A DNA stretch of 63,331 nt, the filler included, from Octopus bimaculoides (lineage: Eukaryota), in assembly GCF_001194135.2 (NCBI RefSeq). It is 6 parts of 6 records of this genome, joined end to end, with 100 filler letters (N's around TTAATTAATTAA, not from the genome) between each part and the next. Parts side by side here need not be neighbours in the genome. Positions count along the whole stretch, not along the records: positions 1 to 9,049 come from NC_068984.1; positions 9,150 to 34,362 come from NC_068991.1; 4 more parts are not named here. The stretch is one strand, 5' to 3'. A program made the position numbers and the translations under genes. This document shows positions 1-11,521 of the stretch, piece after piece. The notes beneath the pieces are model-generated. The model ran no database searches, had not been told where the DNA came from, and saw nothing but the letters and a program-made list of their open reading frames with translations. Position 1 is the first letter of the stretch. The number at the start of each line of letters is the position of its first letter.

Positions 1-2
1 TA

Positions 3-52
<50 letters not shown>

Positions 53-259
53 AGTTATGAGAGGTAATGGTGTCAGTAAGACCCAAAGTTGTCAGGTAAT
101 GCTGAGTAAGTGCTATGGACAGACCATAGTTAAGCTCCAGGTTCGGTGATTATGCGAAAAAATCTGCTGTAGGTCATATATCGGCATGTGTATATATAAA
201 AACTTTTTTTTTCAGAATGAGATAAAAATCCAAGGCTGTAAAGATTTTAGAACATTTAT

Positions 260-887
260 GGGATCTATTTCAAAACGGGGGCACCAGTTTTCATTTATGT
301 TTTATGTAGTGTTTTTGGTACCGAAAGACTTTCAAACTTCGTATACTTATCTATTTTGTGTTATAGAACAGAAAAAAATTTTTGTATTCGAATTTATTTC
401 ATGTAAAAAATTGTCTTATTTCGATAATTTCTACTAATCACTGACGTCTATTCAGTTGAAAACAGTTAGCGCTGTAACGGTGTATATCGTATTAATCCCC
501 TAACCCTAACCAGACTGTTAACCCTAACCCTAACCCCAACTCTAGAATCCGAACTCTAAAATTGTTACACACATAGATACGCACAGCGTAATTTATTATA
601 TAAACAATATATGCGTATAAATTACAATTAAACCGGATGAAATATGTCACAGGGAATAACATTTTTATGACCACCCAGCAGTAACTCTATTCAGCTGAAT
701 AGACGTCAGTGATTGGTTGAAATTACAGAAATACGACAACTTTAACATGGAATAACTTGCGATGTACGTTTTTTTGTTAAGAAGACTAAGAGTAAAAGAT
801 GTTTTATATGACACATTCTACCAGTGTCCCAAGTTTCAAAGTGTTTTGTTAAGAAAATACTGGTGCCCCCGTTTTGAAATAGATCCC
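260..887. mobile_element. Non-autonomous DNA transposon (MITE-like) with 29-bp TIRs, an internal inverted repeat and central CCCTAA repeats
   Basis: GGGATCTATTTCAAAACGGGGGCACCAGT (260-288) is the exact reverse complement of 859-887. It is flanked by direct repeat ATTTAT (254-259, 888-893). Internal 20-bp IR at 436-455 and 695-714. Confidence 0.85.
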
Positions 888-1374
888 ATTTATGCGCTTG
901 TCCTGTATCAGTTCACAGTGTACATGATTAACAGGTACTTGTGAAATACTCAGCTGATTATAATATTATACAATGAGTCGATAACCCAGTTGCTGAGACA
1001 AATGGAATAGTCATCATTGCAACTGATGGAAGCTCATTAATTTTTCACACATTTATTATAATATATGTGTGTGTGTGAAGACAGCATACTGGCAGAATTG
1101 TCAGCACATTGAACGAAATGCTTTACAGGCAGTTATGTCAAACTTCAGAGTCTCTATGATCGCCATTGCTCATATACTAGTTGCCAAGGGGACCTCATAT
1201 TTTTAAGCACATGTTTACAACAATGATTTCCATCATTTGATGAAAACTAATGTCAAAATAACTTTGTACAGACAGATTTTATTACAACCACAAGAAGCTA
1301 TATTACCAGACAATAACTATAAAAAAAAAAAAAGATAGCATATTATACAAGTTTACCTGTAAGTGTTAATTAAT

Positions 1375-1551
1375 CTTGTTTTTGCTGTCCTGATACTTGG
1401 TAACTAATTTTTGTATATTTGTTTCAAGTGTCCATGCAGTTCCAACTTGCATCAATGATGACAATTGTGTGTCAGCTAACTTGGTTCTTTCTGAAGTTGT
1501 TTCCATGAAAGAAGACAACTCTTCACGCACATAGGTTGGACCAAACAACAT
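1375..1551 (-). pseudogene. hAT (Charlie/SPIN-like) transposase C-terminal dimerisation-domain relic
   Basis: Translation LFGPTYVREELSSFMETTSERTKLADTQLSSLMQVGTAWTLETNIQKLV resembles the hAT C-terminal motif FGSTYxCEqxFSxMK..R.rL.d..L......a....p.I..LV. Confidence 0.55.
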
Positions 1552-1680
1552 AATTTTGTTAATTATTTTTATTATTAAAAATGTTTGGGTTCCCCGTTTA
1601 TAAACCTTGAATTACATCACTTGAGGGTTGCGTTTGTGTTTGGAAAGTACTAGAGTTGGTTTGTTTCATTAAACCCTTCA

Positions 1681-1740
1681 AAGCATTGCCCCAGCATGGC
1701 CACAGTCCAGTGACTGAAACACATAAAAGAATAAATGAAT
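1681..1740 (+). mobile_element. 3' end of bipartite tRNA-derived SINE (family D in this annotation)
   Basis: CCCCAGCATGGCCACAGTCCAGTGACTGAAAC matches the 3' end of the copies at 9690-10087 and 13734-14166. Confidence 0.65.
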
Positions 1741-1919
1741 ATATTATTGGAATGAGAGGAAAAGAGCAAAAGGTGGCTGTGTTTAGGAAGAAAGAGGCAA
1801 CAGAAGGAACCTCTTGTTGATGACGGGGGCAAGAAAGAGGAGTTAAGCCGGAATCCAAGAGGAAATGGTGAACACTGGTTTGGTCACTTCTGTTGACCCA
1901 CCAATGTGAAGGTGTTACA

Positions 1920-2200
1920 GGAGAGGGGAGGAGGAGAGTGGTGGTGGAGGAGGAAGAAGAAGAGGAAGAAGTGGAAGAAGAAGAAGAAAAAGAAGAGGAA
2001 GAAGAAGAAGAGGAAGAAAAGAGTGGAAGAAGAAGAGGAAGAAAAAAGTGGAGGAAGAAGAAGAAGAAAGGTGCAGATAAAAGTTACTTGGAAAAAAAAA
2101 AAGCAACAGCAACACTAGAAGGAAGAAAAGTGAGCTGGAAAAGGATAAGAGTTAGGAAAAGAAGAAATTGAAGGAAGAGAAAAAAAGAAGTGGGAACGAG
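1920..2200. repeat. (GAA/GAG)n purine-rich low-complexity tract
   Basis: Directly visible; gives spurious poly-E/K ORFs. Confidence 0.9.
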
Positions 2201-3296
2201 GTGGGGGTAAGAAGGAGTCTGCAGAAGAGATGGAGTAATATGAAGACAGATATGTCGTTTATGAAATTGATAAGCTAATGTTAATTAACGAAAGAACAAA
2301 GGGAATTAAGAAAAAAAGTGTGGCGAGGTATGTATGCCAATATGTGGGGGAGAGTATTACAGGGTGTTGAGGAAGGTTTGGAAAGAAAAGGAATGGAAAG
2401 AGATTCAGAGTGGAGTAAGGGCACTGGTGATGGAGAAGGCGGTGCCATTGTTGTCGGTGGGGGGGGGGNNNNNNNNNNNNNNNNNNNNNNNNNNNNNNNN
2501 NNNNNNNNNNNNNNNNNNNNNNNNNNNNNNNNNNNNNNNNNNNNNNNNNNNNNNNNNNNNNNNNNNNNNNNNNNNNNNNNNNNNNNNNNNNNNNNNNNNN
2601 NNNNNNNNNNNNNNNNNNNNNNNNNNNNNNNNNNNNNNNNNNNNNNNNNNNNNNNNNNNNNNNNNNNNNNNNNNNNNNNNNNNNNNNNNNNNNNNNNNNN
2701 NNNNNNNNNNNNNNNNNNNNNNNNNNNNNNNNNNNNNNNNNNNNNNNNNNNNNNNNNNNNNNNNNNNNNNNNNNNNNNNNNNNNNNNNNNNNNNNNNNNN
2801 NNNNNNNNNNNNNNNNNNNNNNNNNNNNNNNNNNNNNNNNNNNNNNNNNNNNNNNNNNNNNNNNNNNNNNNNNNNNNNNNNNNNNNNNNNNNNNNNNNNN
2901 NNNNNNNNNNNNNNNNNNNNNNNNNNNNNNNNNNNNNNNNNNNNNNNNNNNNNNNNNNNNNNNNNNNNNNNNNNNNNNNNNNNNNNNNNNNNNNNNNNNN
3001 NNNNNNNNNNNNNNNNNNNNNNNNNNNNNNNNNNNNNNNNNNNNNNNNNNNNNNNNNNNNNNNNNNNNNNNNNNNNNNNNNNNNNNNNNNNNNNNNNNNN
3101 NNNNNNNNNNNNNNNNNNNNNNNNNNNNNNNNNNNNNNNNNNNNNNNNNNNNNNNNNNNNNNNNNNNNNNNNNNNNNNNNNNNNNNNNNNNNNNNNNNNN
3201 NNNNNNNNNNNNNNNNNNNNNNNNNNNNNNNNNNNNNNNNNNNNNNNNNNNNNNNNNNNNNNNNNNNNNNNNNNNNNNNNNNNNNNNNNNNNNNNN

Positions 3297-3492
3297 TAAA
3301 CACACGCACTGGTTCAGTCCTTTATTAATTTATATAGTTTTTTGTTAAATTATTTCATTGCACGCTAGATCATATATTCAAAATAAATGGAAGTGGAGAG
3401 ACAAGTTACTGAAGAGATTGCAAGAGTGCAATGAAATAATTTAACAAAAAACTATGTAAAGTAATAAAGGACTGAACCAGTGCGTGTGTTTA
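3297..3492. mobile_element. Foldback/MITE-like hairpin, 67-bp arms with a 62-bp spacer (left end cut by gap)
   Basis: 3297-3363 is the near-perfect reverse complement of 3426-3492. Confidence 0.8.
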
Positions 3493-4114
3493 TTACCAGC
3501 ATAATGCCTCTCCCAAGGTTTAATTGTATATATATGTATATATATATATGAGTTTATTTTGCATGAGTTAAGAAATGGCGTTAAGTGAAAATTTTTTGTA
3601 GATATAATTACAGGTCGTCGTTGATATACAACCAATCGACTTTACGACAATTGGCGCACCTTCTACCAACATCAATAATAAATAGTCCAGTGGAAATCTA
3701 ATGGGTTTAATTTCTTAGAAATTAACCCGTCTACAGATGATGTCAGCTAACAAATGCTTTCCCTAGGTTTGGTTATCAATTGCCACTGCGTTAGATGATT
3801 ATCCTGTTGTGGAGACATCAAAGTAACCTCATATTTGTTTATAAAATGACTGCTTGAGACTCCGAAATTTTTGACTAGCGCCAGTATAATAGTATAATAC
3901 AGAATGCTGTGTGTGACTTTTACCTGAGAATGTACTTTAAGAATGTAAAAATATAATACAAACTATAAAGGCCTATAGGTCGACTTATGCCCAGTCAGTC
4001 AGAACCAATTGTAGTCGTAAGTCCACAATGACCATTATTAAATTTACTTCGGATATACTGAAAAAGGATGCTGACATGACTGTGTGGTAAGAAGCTTGCT
4101 TCCCAACCACATGG

Positions 4115-4413
4115 CCAGATTCAATAATCACACCTTGAGCTTCAGGCACTGGGATAAATGGAAAACGACCAAATTATCCAGTCATATATGGTCCTTAAAA
4201 GATAAAGGTGTCAGCTACAACATCCATTGGAAGATCTTAGCCAAGTGTAAAACTTACACCAGTGGCAGCGGAAGGTACAGTCTATGTGATATGGGAAGAT
4301 GGCTCATCTGGAAAGGCAACTTAGACACCGCCACATGTCTAAATTCAAGAAATGAACTTTTCGGATCATGTCTACATGTGGCTAAATATTTGCTTTGTTT
4401 TTGGAACCCCTGA
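4115..4413 (+). mobile_element. Penelope-like element fragment: C-terminal part of the GIY-YIG endonuclease
   Basis: RFNNHTLSFRH..K..T.LSSHIWSLKDKGVSYNIHWKIL...GSGRYSLC...LNSRNELFGSC.H matches the PLE GIY-YIG C-terminal pattern. The first ORF residues (4081-4114) come from a SINE head. Confidence 0.8.
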
Positions 4414-4920
4414 GTTTACTGATAGGACTTGCTTTCTATATTTGTGTCTATGTACAAGGTTTTTATCTCTCTATACTTTTTACTTAGATTTCTTTTATAT
4501 TTTTTTATATATATTTTATATATAATTTTTGTATATATATTTTTTACATACCTATAGAGATAATGTTTTGCATATTTTTCACAAATATTTTTTCTGTATT
4601 CTCCCTTCCACTCTGCTTTTTTACCTGTGCATCTATAGACGCATACATGGAACCTTTTGTGGATGTGCGGGTACATGCATATATAGATGTATGTGCATGC
4701 ATGCGAGAGTATGCGCATATTGACACATTTTGCCCTTATAGCTTTTTCACACATTTTTGTATTTTGCTTTTAGCCGGGTGTTTTTTTCTTCTTCGTTGAA
4801 CATGTGCATATATTGACGTGTGTATGGAACTTTTTTCTGCATGCATGTGTATGGGTGCAAGGGTGTTGTGCATATGCGGGTATACCCGTGTATGCAGGTA
4901 TATATATATATATATATATA

Positions 4921-5106
4921 TCGCTGACCAAAACATTCAATTTTTTTTCTCCGTGTTTTTCTCCTTGTTTTCTCCATATTCTTTCTGTTGAAGAGCGTAG
5001 CTCAAAACGTTAAAGACTTTCTCTATTCTCGAGCGTTAAACTAATACATCCTTTTGTTGTTTACACCACCTGTCCTCGTCTGTTGTTGTTTTTTTCGTAA
5101 ATTTTC

Positions 5107-5108
<2 letters not shown>
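4921..5108 (+). mobile_element. Short hammerhead-bearing repeat, copy 1 (PLE-terminus/retrozyme-like)
   Basis: Homologous to 35019-35153 and 44980-45165; flanked by (TA)n on both sides. Confidence 0.8.
4980..5016 (+). ncRNA. Minimal type I hammerhead fold, probably inactive copy (G12 mutated to A)
   Basis: TCTTT-CTGTTGA-A-GAGC gta GCTC-AAAA-CG-TT-AAAGA. Confidence 0.55.
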
Positions 5109-5150
<42 letters not shown>

Positions 5151-5500
5151 TGGCGAATGTGTGGGTGAGTATGTGTGTTTCAAGTGAGAGTGGTTGAGTA
5201 TATACATATAGGCGCATGTACGGCTTGGTGCACTTATGCGAATACTATGGACTGTTTTACTCCCTTACCTTTGCTCCCTCCCCCCACTTAGCGGTCATTC
5301 TAAAAGCTCTTTTGTCTTAATAACAGTCAACCGCACAGTAATTTCCCTTTGTTTAACGGTCATTTTCATAGGAATTTTCAATGGCCAGATAACTGAAGAA
5401 ATGGCGGCATGGCTTTCCGCCCCGGAATCTGAAACTCGGAGTTTTATCATGGCTACCGAATAAGTGTCACATAATTTTACAGATATATATATATACATAT

Positions 5501-5705
5501 ATCATCATCATCATCGTTTAACGTCCGCTTTCCATGCTAGCATGGGTTGGACGATTTGACTGAGGACTGGTGAAACCGGATGGCAACACCAGGCTCCAAT
5601 CTAATTTGGCAGAGTTTCTACAGCTGGATGCCCTTCCTAACGCCAACCACTCAGAGAGTGTAGTGGGTGCTTTTACGTGTCACCTGCACGAAAACGGCCA
5701 CGCTC
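5501..5705 (-). mobile_element. RTE-type LINE/SINE 3' end with (GAT)n tail
   Basis: GGATGCCCTTCCTAACGCCAACC motif; (ATC)n at 5501-5514; homologous to 7915-8082 in the opposite orientation. Confidence 0.7.
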
Positions 5706-6419
5706 NNNNNNNNNNNNNNNNNNNNNNNNNNNNNNNNNNNNNNNNNNNNNNNNNNNNNNNNNNNNNNNNNNNNNNNNNNNNNNNNNNNNNNNNNNNNNNN
5801 NNNNNNNNNNNNNNNNNNNNNNNNNNNNNNNNNNNNNNNNNNNNNNNNNNNNNNNNNNNNNNNNNNNNNNNNNNNNNNNNNNNNNNNNNNNNNNNNNNNN
5901 NNNNNNNNNNNNNNNNNNNNNNNNNNNNNNNNNNNNNNNNNNNNNNNNNNNNNNNNNNNNNNNNNNNNNNNNNNNNNNNNNNNNNNNNNNNNNNNNNNNN
6001 NNNNNNNNNNNNNNNNNNNNNNNNNNNNNNNNNNNNNNNNNNNNNNNNNNNNNNNNNNNNNNNNNNNNNNNNNNNNNNNNNNNNNNNNNNNNNNNNNNNN
6101 NNNNNNNNNNNNNNNNNNNNNNNNNNNNNNNNNNNNNNNNNNNNNNNNNNNNNNNNNNNNNNNNNNNNNNNNNNNNNNNNNNNNNNNNNNNNNNNNNNNN
6201 NNNNNNNNNNNNNNNNNNNNNNNNNNNNNNNNNNNNNNNNNNNNNNNNNNNNNNNNNNNNNNNNNNNNNNNNNNNNNNNNNNNNNNNNNNNNNNNNNNNN
6301 NNNNNNNNNNNNNNNNNNNNNNNNNNNNNNNNNNNNNNNNNNNNNNNNNNNNNNNNNNNNNNNNNNNNNNNNNNNNNNNNNNNNNNNNNNNNNNNNNNNN
6401 NNNNNNNNNNNNNTATATA

Positions 6420-7685
6420 CACGGGTTGGCCAAAATAATGGAAACACACAGCATCATAGCATCATAATTTTTAAATATCTATAAAACTGTTAAAAGCTTG
6501 TTTATTTTTACGTTTTTTGATTTATTGTTAGTGTTGCTTAATATGTTTTGCTAAAGTTGTTGTTTCTTTTCAGATATCATCACAAAAAGGTAATTAAAAT
6601 TCATTGAAATGACAGATCTATTAGACTTTCAAAGAGGTTAAATTGTTGGTGTTTTTATCGTAGATGCTAGTGTAATGAAAACAGCCAAAATGTTTGGTGA
6701 ATCAAGAAGTACTGTCTTGAAAGTAATGACAGCCTTTGAGAAAGAGAGGTAAGCCTCCTCGTCGAAACAAAACTCCGGAAGAAAACCAAAACTTTCAGAT
6801 AGGGACTGTCAGACTCTTACACAAATTGTTAGAAAGGATCACAAAAGTACAGCTCCCAAAAATACTTCAGAGCTTAATGACCAACTCGGGAACCCAGTTT
6901 CCTAAAAACTGTTCACCAGGAGCTGCACAAAGCCAGATTTTACAGGAGGGCTGCAATCAGAAAACCACTGCTTTTAAAAACAAACGTTGCTAAGTGTTTA
7001 GAGTGGAGTAAAATACCTACAGAATTGGTCCCTAGAGCAGTGGAAGAATGTTATTTTCTCAGACAAGTCATCCTTTTTCTTATTTCCGATGACCAGCTAA
7101 GTATACATGTGGTGAGAGCCAAAAGAAGCATTTGACCCAGACTGCTTTCTGTTAAACATGGAGGAGGATCTGTAATGATTTGGCAGGGCTATATCTTGGA
7201 AATCTGCTGGCTCAATGTTTTCGCTTCATGGCAGAATTAATAGTCAAGACTATTTAAGCATTTTATCTGATCAAGTTCATCCTATGGCTGCATAACTGTT
7301 TCCGGAGGGAAATGCAATCTTTCAGGATGATAATGCACCAATTCACACAGCTAAAGTTGTTACTGAATGGTACAAGGAACATTCAAGTGAAATTGAACAT
7401 GTTATCTGGCCACCACAGTTCCCAGATCTCAATATGATTGAACATTTATGGTGCATTTTAGAAAAACAGTAAGGAGTCTATATCCTCCATCATCATCACT
7501 ACAAGAACTGGAGATTGTTTTAGCTGAAGAATGGACAAAAATTCCTTTGGAAACAATTTAAACTTTGTACAAGTCCGTACCTCATGGAATTCAAACTGTA
7601 ATTACTGCCAAAGGTGGTCCTACCCAATATTGAAATAAATTTGTTTCAAATTTTAAGGTGTTTCCATTATTTTGTCCAACCCCTG
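6420..7685 (+). mobile_element. Full-length Tc1/mariner transposon, DD36E (Incomer-like), 1266 bp
   Basis: 28-bp TIRs (6420-6447, 7658-7685; 2 mismatches), TA on both sides, transposase relic inside. Confidence 0.95.
6609..7633 (+). pseudogene. DD36E Tc1-family transposase pseudogene (multiple stops and frameshifts)
   Basis: MTDLLDFQRG*IVG..., SGRKPKLSDRD, WKNVIFSDKSSF, VKHGGGSVMIW, FQDDNAPIHTAKVV...WPPQFPDLNMIEHLW; 36 residues between the second catalytic D and E. Confidence 0.92.
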
Positions 7686-7687
7686 TA

Positions 7688-7856
7688 TATATATACGACA
7701 GGCTTCTTTCAGTTTCTGTCTACCAAATCCATTCACAAGGCTTTGGTCAGCCTGAGGCTATAGCAGAAGACACTTGCCCAAAATGCAACGCAGTGGGACT
7801 GAACCTGGAGCCATGTGGTTTGGAAGCAAGCTTCTTACCACAGAGCCACTCAGGTA
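7688..7856 (-). mobile_element. tRNA-derived SINE family D, 5' half
   Basis: Reverse complement of the GTGGTAAGAAGCTTGCTTCC...GACAGAAACTGAAAGAAGCC head. Confidence 0.8.
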
Positions 7857-7914
7857 CCTATGAAATTTTTATCAGAAATGGTAAATCTGAGGGCTTCTTT
7901 TTGGTGCAAAGCCC

Positions 7915-8082
7915 TTAACACACTCTGTTAAGTAGTTGTCATTAGGAAGGGCACCCAGCCATAGAAACCATACCACAACAGACAATTGGAGACAACTCCC
8001 AGCTGGCCAGCCTCTGGTCAAACCGCCCAACTCGTGCGAGCATAGAAAGCTGACGTTAAACAATAATGATGAGGATGATGAT
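7915..8082 (+). mobile_element. RTE-type LINE/SINE 3' end with (GAT)n tail
   Basis: TTAGGAAGGGCACCCAGCC...GACGTTAAAC followed by AAT/GAT repeats; same family as 5501-5705. Confidence 0.7.
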
Positions 8083-8554
8083 CCTGTTGAAAATGCCAGT
8101 GGAAACATCTCTGCTTAAAAGAGCCCTTAGATACTTACCAACAAACAAAGTACTAAGTGAAAAATCTACAAAATCAAACAAACTCTAGCCAACAATGTGT
8201 AATCAAACAAAGAACAATATAGAAACAACTGTAACCCAAAAAGTACACCAGACACTACTAAAATGAAAACTATGTATATTGTATTGTATATAACAAATGC
8301 ACACTTGCCATTGAATAGTTGAACACATTATTAAAACCCTGTAAAGCAGAATGCAAAATGCATTATGACAAACCATAAATCTAACAAATAATAAACTATA
8401 TAAACACAGAAATTAGCCTTCACATTGATAACAACCTTCAAGCTTGTAAACATGAGAACAAATTGCTAACAAATAATGTGATTTATAAACTCAGTTGCAA
8501 ACATTAATAGTTGCAAACATCACAATTTCAACTGTTTTATTGGCCATAAAGATA

Positions 8555-8940
<386 letters not shown>

Positions 8941-9049
8941 ATATCTTTTTATTATAGCCACACAGGGCTAAATACAGAAAATGGACAAATTACAAAGTAG
9001 AGCTTTTTGGGGGGGGAAGATTTGGATCAAAAGGGATCGCGGGGAAAAA
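8941..9049 (-). mobile_element. 3' UTR of Tx1-like LINE (same family as 46261-46938)
   Basis: Reverse complement AAAAGCTCTACTTTGTAATTTGTCCATTTTCTGTATTTAGCCCTGTGTGGCTATAATAAAAAGATATCT matches 46876-46944 without a mismatch that I could see. Confidence 0.8.
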
Positions 9050-9464
9050 NNNNNNNNNNNNNNNNNNNNNNNNNNNNNNNNNNNNNNNNNNNNTTAATTA
9101 ATTAANNNNNNNNNNNNNNNNNNNNNNNNNNNNNNNNNNNNNNNNNNNNAATTAAAATCAAAATCAAAATAAAAATAAAAATAAGGGTGCAGCAGGAAAA
9201 AAAAATAATAATAAAGAATACATAAATGAAAAATGAAGGTATAGCATGTGGGACAGATACTATCCCTTAGTGGGTTGAACCCCGAACCCCTAACTCTCTC
9301 ACGTTATATATATATATATATATATATATATACGTATATATGACCATCAACCATCTTTCCTTTCCTCACGTGACCACCCTTCTTTTCCTTTACTACTCTG
9401 CGTAGTTCAGATGCATTCGTATCTGTCTCCACTCTTTTCTCTTCCCAGGCTCTGCTTTCCATTT

Positions 9465-9510
9465 TTTTCGGCTGATGAGGATATAACCACTCCGAAATGC
9501 ATGCACCTAC
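9465..9510 (+). ncRNA. Decayed minimal hammerhead motif (second family)
   Basis: CTGATGA (9472-9478), GGA..TCC stem, GAAA (9494-9497), palindromic TGCA loop; position 17 is G and helix I is poor. Confidence 0.4.
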
Positions 9511-9689
9511 AGGGGTGTTGTGAGCTGAGGCGTTGTATTTACGCCTATTTGTGACAATAAATAGTGAAGCATATTCGAACCCGCAACATATTCAAAGCGG
9601 GGTCTAAGCCCGTAGTTAGATGGCTGGATTCAATAGCTTCGATGTCAGGTATAGAGCTGAAGTAATATTCCGACATAGTAGCGTTTCTA

Positions 9690-10087
9690 AACCTTTCCCA
9701 ACTACATGGTCCGGGGTTCAGTTCCACTGCGTCGCACCTGCGGACGGTGTCTTGTACTATAGCCTCGGGACAAGCCTATAGTACAAGTCCTTGTGCCTGG
9801 TATTGATAGACGGAAACTATGTGTGTGTGTGTGCACGTGTGCGTGTGTTTGCATGTGTGCGTGCTTATATGTTCGGATGTGTGTCTGTGTTTGTCCCCAC
9901 CATCACATCACAACCGACATTGGTATGTTTACGTCCTTCGTAACTTAGCAGTTCGGCAAAACACACCGATGGTATAAGTACCAGGCTTACAAAGAACAAG
10001 TCCCGGCGTCGATCTGTCCGACTAAAGGCGGCGCTCCAGCATGGCTGCAGGCGAAATGACTGAAACAAATGAAAGAATAAAAGAATA
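9690..10087 (+). mobile_element. tRNA-derived SINE family D with internal (GT)n
   Basis: Head, internal (GT)n and 3' half (GTAACTTAGCAGTTCGGCAAAA...CTCCAGCATGGC...GACTGAAAC). Confidence 0.85.
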
Positions 10088-10608
10088 TATATACATACGG
10101 AAACACATGCCGCAATTGAGACACACACACACACACACACACATACACACTCACACGCGCACACACTCACACACACAGACACGCACACACACTCAAACTC
10201 AGACACACACACAAACACACACAGAGGCACACACACACACACACACAATGCTATAGATATATACGCATTGGTGTATGTGGCTTCATGTATGCCTCATGCA
10301 TCAGAGTATGATCAGAGGCTAAATATTCACAAAGTGCTTATGCTTACAGAATGATCTTTGTGTCTCCTTTTCAAAGAATATATGTCTGGAAGAGTTAGTA
10401 TCGGTGTTGAATGACTACGTGTGCGTTTGTGCGATATGGCTGGAATTGGTAAATCAATACAGACAGAGCTATAAAACAATAGTTGCGAGGTTCCTCCGTA
10501 CATTTGTCCTTTGCTTTCTTGACTGTGCCTGGAAAAATGTATGTATACATACGAAGACAAACTTATACACACACACACACACACACATACGTATATATGT
10601 ACATATAC

Positions 10609-10640
<32 letters not shown>

Positions 10641-11384
10641 GCTTATATAAACACATGCATCTCATGATACATATGTATGTATGTATTATATATATATATA
10701 TATATGCTTATATAAACACATGCATCTCAAGATACATATGTATGTATGTATTATATATATATATATATGTGTGTATATATACTATATACATACATATGTA
10801 CACTTATATATAAGTTATATTATATGTAGATATACGTGTGTATATATAGTATATACATTTATAGAAATACATATATACTGTGTGTGTGTGTATTTATGGA
10901 TATATAAGTATGTATGTATTTTGTAAGTTAGGGCGATTGTGGGGATGGTGCGTGTAGCTCTTTAATCGAAAGAAAATAGCTTGGCGGTGATTAAATGATA
11001 TACGATATGAGGAGATATTAGATAGTGGTCGTTATTTGATATGTATGGTATGTGATAACAGTTTTCTATTCGATGGCCAAAAACACGTACTTGCAATAAC
11101 AGGGTAATATTATTGGTCTTGCCGTTCTTAGGTCGTATAATGACGATTCAGAAACGCAAGATTTCCTAATTTATCGCAGAGTTCTTATGGCGTGTGATAT
11201 TTAATTTTTAGCAATCAAAAGGAATATCAGTTTCTTAAGAGAAAAGATAAAAATTAGTCCATCACGTTTAAAATAAGTTTGTGTGTGTGTGCGTGTGTGC
11301 CTGTGTGTGCGTGTGTGTATGTATTTGTGTGTGACTTTGTCTACACACACGCACATATATAAATGCAACTATCTATCATTTTAT

Positions 11385-11440
<56 letters not shown>

Positions 11441-11478
11441 CTCTCTATCTATCTATCTATCTATNNNNNNNNNNNNNN

Positions 11479-11521
<43 letters not shown>

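Noticed and set aside
2259-3328. Long X-filled ORFs (also around 5570-6484, 14841-16323, 37984-38684, 43179-44718)
   Set aside because: They exist only because N runs contain no stop codons.
9094-9105. TTAATTAATTAA centred in 100-bp N blocks (also 34407-34418, 49771-49782, 56636-56647, 62167-62178)
   Set aside because: The same 12-mer with about 44 N on each side five times is an artificial scaffolding spacer, not biology.
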